From: Octopus sinensis
Lineage: Eukaryota
Assembly (NCBI RefSeq): GCF_006345805.1
Contig: NW_021835259.1
Coordinates: 1 to 41,327 of the forward strand
Reading direction: 5' to 3'
Length of the DNA: 41,327 nucleotides
Shown: positions 35,030-41,327 of the stretch, piece after piece
How positions within the stretch are numbered: the first letter of the stretch is position 1
Layout of the letters: every line of letters starts with the position of its first letter
Position numbers and translations under genes: made by a program
The notes under the pieces: generated by a model
The model's database searches: none
Seen by the model: only the letters and a program-made list of their open reading frames with translations
What the model was told of the DNA's origin: nothing

Positions 35030-35830
35030 CACCTGACATTTTCTGAAAATTTTCTCCAACTCACGGTTGAAAGAGTGTTGCGTCCATCTCTGTTTCTGTT
35101 GAGTAATTTTGGCGAAGAATATGTTGCTGGCTTTGTAGTTATAATCACTATTGTTGTTGGTAGTGGTGGTCGTGGCCTGATTGTTTTCTTAGTCAAAATT
35201 TTTCATTTTCTATTTGTTTTGAAATTTGTTGCTGTCATTGTTGTTGTTGTTGTTGAGCGTAGCGGTCTTCGTCCCATTAGTGGGAGAAGTCCGAAACGTG
35301 GTCCTTTGCTATTCGTAAGACCCGCAGAAGAGAAAGCAGGTCAACCCCGACGCCGAGAGCATCGACGGATGGATGAATGCGCATCCAGGCTCAGCGGTTG
35401 CGTAGGAAGTCGGGGACAAGAAACAGGAAGAAAGAGTGAGAGATAGTTGAGGCGAAAGAGTACAACAGGGGTCGCCACCACCCCCTGCCGGAGCCTCGGG
35501 GAGCTTTAGGTGTTTTCACTCAATAAACACACACAACGCCCGGTTTGGGAATCGAAACCGCGATCCTCCGACCGCGAGTCCGCTGCCCTTGCTGTAGCTG
35601 TTGTAGTAGTAGTAGTTGTTGGTGATGGTGGTGATGGTGGTGGTGTGGCTTCGCTGTTTTCCTTGTTATGAATTTTCATTTTCGGTTCATCTTCAAATAT
35701 GATGTTGTTCTTGATAGTGTTGCTGTTTTTTGATGTGGTTGTTGGAAGCGGTTTCAATGTTTTCTTCGTTAAATTTCCCATTTTCTGTTTATCTTCAAGA
35801 AGTGTTGTTGAAATTTACGCTGTCGTCTGT
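35030..35830 (-). pseudogene. Possible decayed low-complexity coding exon interrupted by a SINE
   Basis: Thrice-repeated gaaaatg..aaatt...gaaaac motif; open stretch ENNQATTTTTNNNSDYNYKASNIFFAKITQQKQRWTQHSFNRELEKIFRKCQ ending at cag|gtgaaa; stops and frameshifts present. Confidence 0.2.
35238..35589 (-). mobile_element. SINE family C with tail type 2, slightly 5'-truncated
   Basis: Matches 32818-33188; (CAA)n tail. Confidence 0.88.
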
Positions 35831-36142
35831 TTTGAAGGCAGCGACATAACGCGTACCACTCACACCCTTCCCTCCTACCCCGTGTTCTGGCAACGCTCTT
35901 CACTCTCCCGTTCTCTCATAAACACGTTTCATTGTGTCGTCTGGTGTTTTCCCAACGGAGGGACAAAACAAAAATTTTCATCACAGAAGCAAAATTAAAT
36001 CGAGGTGTCACCCACAAAATGGACGGCAGCATACGAAAAAACCTTAACAATTTGCCTTCCACGATGGTATAAATTTCCAAAACTGAACGCTACAGTTTTC
36101 CGTGACTTATAACGCAATTTGTTTGCAAAAAATTGAAGAACC

Positions 36143-36189
<47 letters not shown>

Positions 36190-36566
36190 TCGTCCGTTTA
36201 TTGGCCACAAGGGCTAAATACTAAATAATAATAGTAACAATTGCCGCTAAGCACTAAAGATTCTGCCAGCTCACTGCCTTAATAACGATAATCATAATAA
36301 TCTTTTCAAGGCCTGAAATTTTGGGGGAGGGGGAAATCGATTACATCGACCCTTGGATTCAGCTGGTATTTATTTTATCGACCCCGAAAGGATGAAAGGC
36401 AAAGTCGATCCCGGCAACATTTGAACACAGCACAAAAAGATGGAAGAAATACCTATTTCTTTTCTACCCACAAGGGGATAAACACAGAGGGGACAAACAA
36501 GGACAGACAAAGGGATTAAGTCGATTTTATCGACCCCAGTGCGTAACTGGTACTTATTTAATCGAA
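36190..36566 (-). mobile_element. Cluster of three decayed SINE family B fragments
   Basis: ttctgccagctcactgcctt head; atcgaccccgaaaggatgaaaggcaaagtcga body; acagaggggacaaacaaggacagac tail. Confidence 0.8.
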
Positions 36567-37093
36567 AATCTGATGAAACCAATGTAGGTCGACATTCGTA
36601 TATGCAATTAGAACCCCCTTCCTCCTCCTCCTCCTACTACTACTACTAACTACTACTACTACTATGACGACGATGGCGGTGACCAATCAGTCACATCTGC
36701 GCCTAGATTGAGTTTTTAACACATCTTAACAGAACAATTCGATGAAGAAATTTTATCTCAGACAATCTCGCAGCATCATGTCTTCTAACGGTTTCTATAC
36801 ATTTCGTATGATACACCGATGCCGACAAAATAAATTTTCTTTACACGAAAGACCATGTCATTGCAAAAACGCTATTTTTTTTTACGACAGAACATTCAAA
36901 CTGGTTTTATATTATATATTTCTTCAAGCTGCCTTCATTAACAATATTTATTTTGTATTTTATATTTTAAATTTTTAGATTTTAAATTTTCTTTTTCACA
37001 TTTTTTTTCTTCAGAATGTTGGTTTCCGTCTTCGTCCGTTAACCTCTACAATGCTCTTGTAATCGCCATAACACTTTACTCAACATAGTTGTT

Positions 37094-37114
37094 AATCATC
37101 ATCATCATCATCAT

Positions 37115-37146
<32 letters not shown>

Positions 37147-37159
37147 TCATCACCACCAC

Positions 37160-37200
<41 letters not shown>

Positions 37201-37204
37201 CCAC

Positions 37205-37252
<48 letters not shown>

Positions 37253-37263
37253 TGTCGTCGTCG

Positions 37264-37295
<32 letters not shown>

Positions 37296-37306
37296 GTCGT
37301 CGTCGC

Positions 37307-37340
<34 letters not shown>

Positions 37341-37380
37341 GTCGTCGTCGCCATCAACATCATCATCATCATCATCATTA
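37094..37380. repeat. (CAT)n trinucleotide tract with CAC/GTC interruptions
   Basis: Direct reading; explains poly-M/I/D ORFs. Confidence 0.95.
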
Positions 37381-37387
37381 TTGTGAA

Positions 37388-37576
37388 AGGCTGCGAACTG
37401 GAGAATCGTTAGCACGTTGGACGAAATATTTAGCGGTATTTCGCCCGTCGCTAGGTTCTGACTTCAAATTCCGCCGAGGCCGACTTTGCGCTTCATCCTT
37501 TTCGGGGTCGATAATTTAAGTACCAGTCAAGCACTCGGGGGTGGGGGTCGATGTGATTGATTGCCCCCTTCCCAAC
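37388..37576 (+). mobile_element. SINE family B, diverged
   Basis: Head and CORE-like body recognisable. Confidence 0.82.
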
Positions 37577-37669
37577 AGTGTCCTGTAGGGCTATGTTTTG
37601 GACACTGTGTTGTGTTGCGGATCCAGGTATAGCTTCTACTTTTTTGTTCATTGATATTTTTGCACATTT

Positions 37670-37670
<1 letters not shown>

Positions 37671-37701
<31 letters not shown>

Positions 37702-38518
37702 TATTATTATAGACGTAGCACAGTATACAATAGCGTGAGATTGTTGATTGAAGATATTATGTCTACCGGGGTGGTTTGTACTGTTTGTCAAGTCACAACA
37801 AAGACCTCAGACAGACAGTACTTTACGCAATATGCGTCCAGTTCCAAGTAATGCCAATATATTTGCAATACATCTAGATTGTAGATATTTCTAAGGTTCT
37901 CAGATTATTTTTCAGATTTTATCTCGTAGCTGCCACATATTAGCGATTTCAATTCTCATCTCCATATTTATCAATCTTTTCTCTTTCTTTCATGATGATA
38001 TGTTGATCTCTTAGCACTGACACGTCAATTATTTGACACTCTTGTTTGTCCCTCCTAAGGGTTACTATATCCAGTCTTCGATGCTCTGACATCTTGTCTG
38101 TCTGGGAATCAAAGTCGCAGAATATTTTTACCTTCCCCTTTTCGTCCAGTACCTTTTCCGGTGTATGTTGGTACCAAGCACCCGTAACCTCATATCCATA
38201 CTTATGGCATAGTAGCCAGTGGAGGTTTTGGGCTATTTTGTCGTGTCTACGCTTGTACTCTTTCTGCGCAAGGCTTTCACAAGCACTAACAATGTGAGCC
38301 ACACTTTCGACCTTTTCCTCACACATTCTGCCGTGGTCCGCTGCACTTGCGTGGTATATATTCTTTTTCACTGAGTTGGTATTCAATGCCTGGTCTTAGG
38401 CAGCGACGATTAGGCTTTCGGTATTCTTTTTTATGTCACCTTTGTTGAGCCAACTCCATGACATTTCCTGTTCTTTTAATTTGTTGGTTTCACGGTGGAG
38501 CTATGTAATTCAATACAA
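37671..38518 (-). mobile_element. R4/Dong-like non-LTR retrotransposon 3' end (restriction-like endonuclease), decayed
   Basis: SWSWLNKGDIKKNTESLIVAA*DQALNTN, GRMCEEKVESVAHIVSAC..LAQKEYKRRHD knuckle, RRLDIV/IIDVSV/KEREKIDKY RLE motifs, ALLGTGRILRKVL end, (TAA)(TGA)n tail. Confidence 0.85.
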
Positions 38519-38520
38519 AT

Positions 38521-38521
38521 T

Positions 38522-38571
<50 letters not shown>

Positions 38572-38800
38572 TCACCACCACCACCACTACTACTAGTACT
38601 ATTACGACTACTACAACTACTATAACTACTACTACTATAACTACAACTACTACTACTACTATTACTACTACAACAACTACTACTACTCCAACAACTACTA
38701 CTACCACAACCACAACCATCATCACCACCACTACCACCACCACCACCACCACCACCGCAGCCACCACCACTACTACTACTACTACTACCTACTACTACTA

Positions 38801-38835
<35 letters not shown>
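38521..38835. repeat. (TAC)n/(CAC)n trinucleotide tract
   Basis: Direct reading; explains poly-T/V ORFs. Confidence 0.95.
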
Positions 38836-38836
<1 letters not shown>

Positions 38837-38994
38837 GTATCTAAATTATTTTCACTTTCTTAATTGCTTAGTTTTTAATAGTTTTTAATCATTAAATTCT
38901 GGAATTCTTAATCATCAATTCATACTTGCCATATTTATTACCAATAGATTAAACTGATCATATTTATTTTCAGATCCATTACACACGCAACGCG

Positions 38995-39056
<62 letters not shown>

Positions 39057-39167
39057 CTCTCTCTCTCTCTCTCTCGCGCATGTACGCCCATACACTATAT
39101 CTATATGCATGTGCGTATGCATGTATGCATGTACGTATGTAACTATACATATATAATGTATGCATGT

Positions 39168-39206
<39 letters not shown>

Positions 39207-39272
39207 CATATATACATAAATATATGTGTGTGTATACATGTATGTATCTTTATATGTGTCTATGTATGTGTG

Positions 39273-39303
<31 letters not shown>

Positions 39304-39361
39304 TGAGAGAGAGAGAGTGAGAGAGAGAGAGAGGAGAGAGAAGAGATGAGAGAAACAGTGA

Positions 39362-39370
39362 CAGACAGAC

Positions 39371-39440
<70 letters not shown>

Positions 39441-39459
39441 GCAGAGAGACAGACAGTTT

Positions 39460-39513
<54 letters not shown>

Positions 39514-39538
39514 CAGAAAGATAGACAGATAGATAGAT
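39362..39538. repeat. (GATA)n microsatellite
   Basis: Direct reading. Confidence 0.95.
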
Positions 39539-39869
39539 CAAAATGCTGGCAGCCATTGAGGCCAACAGGTTGTGGGGGAAGGTTGCTTAATGGATATAAA
39601 GAGAAAGCTGTCGAGAAATATATATATATATAGATAGACATACTTGAGCCTGAATATAATGGCTACCAAGATACATCAAGAAGTAAATAGATATACAGAC
39701 GTGTAGAAGAGGAGTAGTTATAAGGATGGCTAAATAGACAGAGATACAGCGTGACATGCGAACGGAAAGGCAGTTTGACAGACATAGAGGTTGGTGTAGT
39801 GAAAGAGACCGATAGATGGATAGGAGATAGGTTAATATATATAAACGTATCGTTAGCTCTTACACGCAT

Positions 39870-40030
39870 TTTTTTCTCTCCTTGTATTTTTTCTGTGTAT
39901 CTTTCTGTCGAAGAGCGTAGGCTCGAAACGTAAAATACTTTTTCTATTCCCGAGCGCTATACTAATACATTTGTTTGTTGTGTGCGCCACCTGCCTTCGT
40001 CTTTTGTTTATTTTCGTAAACTTTCCCCTT
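39870..40030 (+). mobile_element. Family E repeat with hammerhead-like motif at 39900-39937
   Basis: TCTTT-CTGTCGA-A-GAGC(GTAG)GCTC-GAAAC-GTA-AAATA. Confidence 0.7.
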
Positions 40031-40065
40031 GTATACATATATACATATATACATATATACATACA

Positions 40066-40187
<122 letters not shown>

Positions 40188-40542
40188 ATCCGGGTTCAGT
40201 CCCACTGCGTGGCACCTTGGTCAAGTGTCTTCTACTATAGCCTCAGGCTGACCAAAGCCTTGTGAGTGGATTTGGTAGACTGAAGCTGAAAGTAGCCCGT
40301 CGTACATATGTATATATATGTGTATGTGTGTGTATATGTTTTTGTGTCTGTGTTTGTCCCCCTTACCATTGCTTGACAACTGATGTTGGTGTGCTTACGT
40401 CCCTGTAACCTGGCGGTTCGGCAAAAGAAACCGATAGAATAAGTACTAGGCTTCCAAAGAATAAGTCCTGGGGTCGATTTGGTCGACTAAAGGCGGTGCT
40501 CCAGCATGGCCGCAGTCAATGACTGAAACAAGTAAAAGAGAG
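40188..40542 (+). mobile_element. SINE family A, 5'-truncated
   Basis: Starts at ccgggttcagtcccactgcg; intact tail. Confidence 0.9.
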
Positions 40543-40543
40543 T

Positions 40544-40589
<46 letters not shown>

Positions 40590-40644
40590 TATATGTGTGT
40601 GTGTATATATGTAAGTATGTATGTATTTATATATATATGTATGC

Positions 40645-40753
<109 letters not shown>

Positions 40754-41065
40754 CCACCGTGATCACCGTGACCGACCAGGCTGTCAGATGTTGCCATACA
40801 TCGCTGGTCACAATGCGCTTCGCATTGTTTTAGCCTTCAAATGACGCCACCCCGCTGGCTAAGCGAGCAGGCCAACAGAAGAAAGAGTGAGAGAAAGTTG
40901 TGGCGAAAGAGTACAGCAAGGATCGTCATAACCCCCTGCCGGAGCATCATGGAGCTTTAGGTGTTTTTGCTCAATAAACACTCATAACGCCCAGTCTGGG
41001 AATCGAAACCGCGATCCTACGACCGCAAGTCCGCTGCCCTAACCACTGGGCCATTGCCCCTCCAC
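40754..41065 (-). mobile_element. SINE family C with tail type 3
   Basis: Same head and body as other C copies; unrelated tail ending ggtcacggtgatcacggtg. Confidence 0.85.
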
Positions 41066-41070
41066 ACATG

Positions 41071-41094
<24 letters not shown>

Positions 41095-41107
<13 letters not shown>

Positions 41108-41270
41108 TGTTTGCTTGTGTTTGTAATCCCCCACCATCGCTTGTGTTTACGTCCCCATAATTTAGCGGTTCGGCAAAAAGACACCGACGGAATGAGTACT
41201 AGTCTCGACTAAAAGGTGATGCTGTAGCATTGCCGAAGTCAAATGACTGAAATAAATAAAAGATTAAAAG
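41095..41270 (+). mobile_element. SINE family A 3' fragment, diverged
   Basis: tgtttacgtcccc...ttagcggttcggcaaaa...aaatgactgaaa. Confidence 0.78.
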
Positions 41271-41327
41271 AATATATATACACATATGCATGTATATAAC
41301 ATATATAAACATACACATACTATTGAA

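Noticed and set aside
37015-37088. Exon after the strong acceptor ttttttttcttcag|
   Set aside because: Only a short frame and a weak donor; no partner exon or recognisable peptide

Overview
AT-rich, microsatellite-saturated animal DNA. The repeat families and (TA)n/(TATC)n/(CA)n density point to an octopus (coleoid cephalopod) intronic or intergenic region; this is inferred from pattern recognition, not a database match. No prokaryotic features, CRISPR arrays, rRNA or true tRNA genes, and no host gene I can name. Almost all ORFs in the supplied track are artefacts of simple repeats or SINEs. Supported content: four tRNA-derived SINE families (my labels A-D, about 25 copies or fragments), 5'-truncated LINE relics (two RTE-like, four L1/Tx1-like, one R4/RLE-like), three mariner derivatives, three Helitron-like elements, several fold-back elements and a few weak candidate exons. 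Most interesting: (1) at least eight hammerhead-ribozyme-like motifs of several architectures, including an extended type I fold in single-copy-looking sequence (7868-7946) and a dispersed family with a recurrent non-canonical CUGUNGA core; (2) three L1/Tx1 3' ends stacked head-to-tail inside a (TATC)n tract, suggesting microsatellite-targeted insertion; (3) one SINE head and body carrying three unrelated 3' tails. None of the RNA folds were computed; all were paired by eye.
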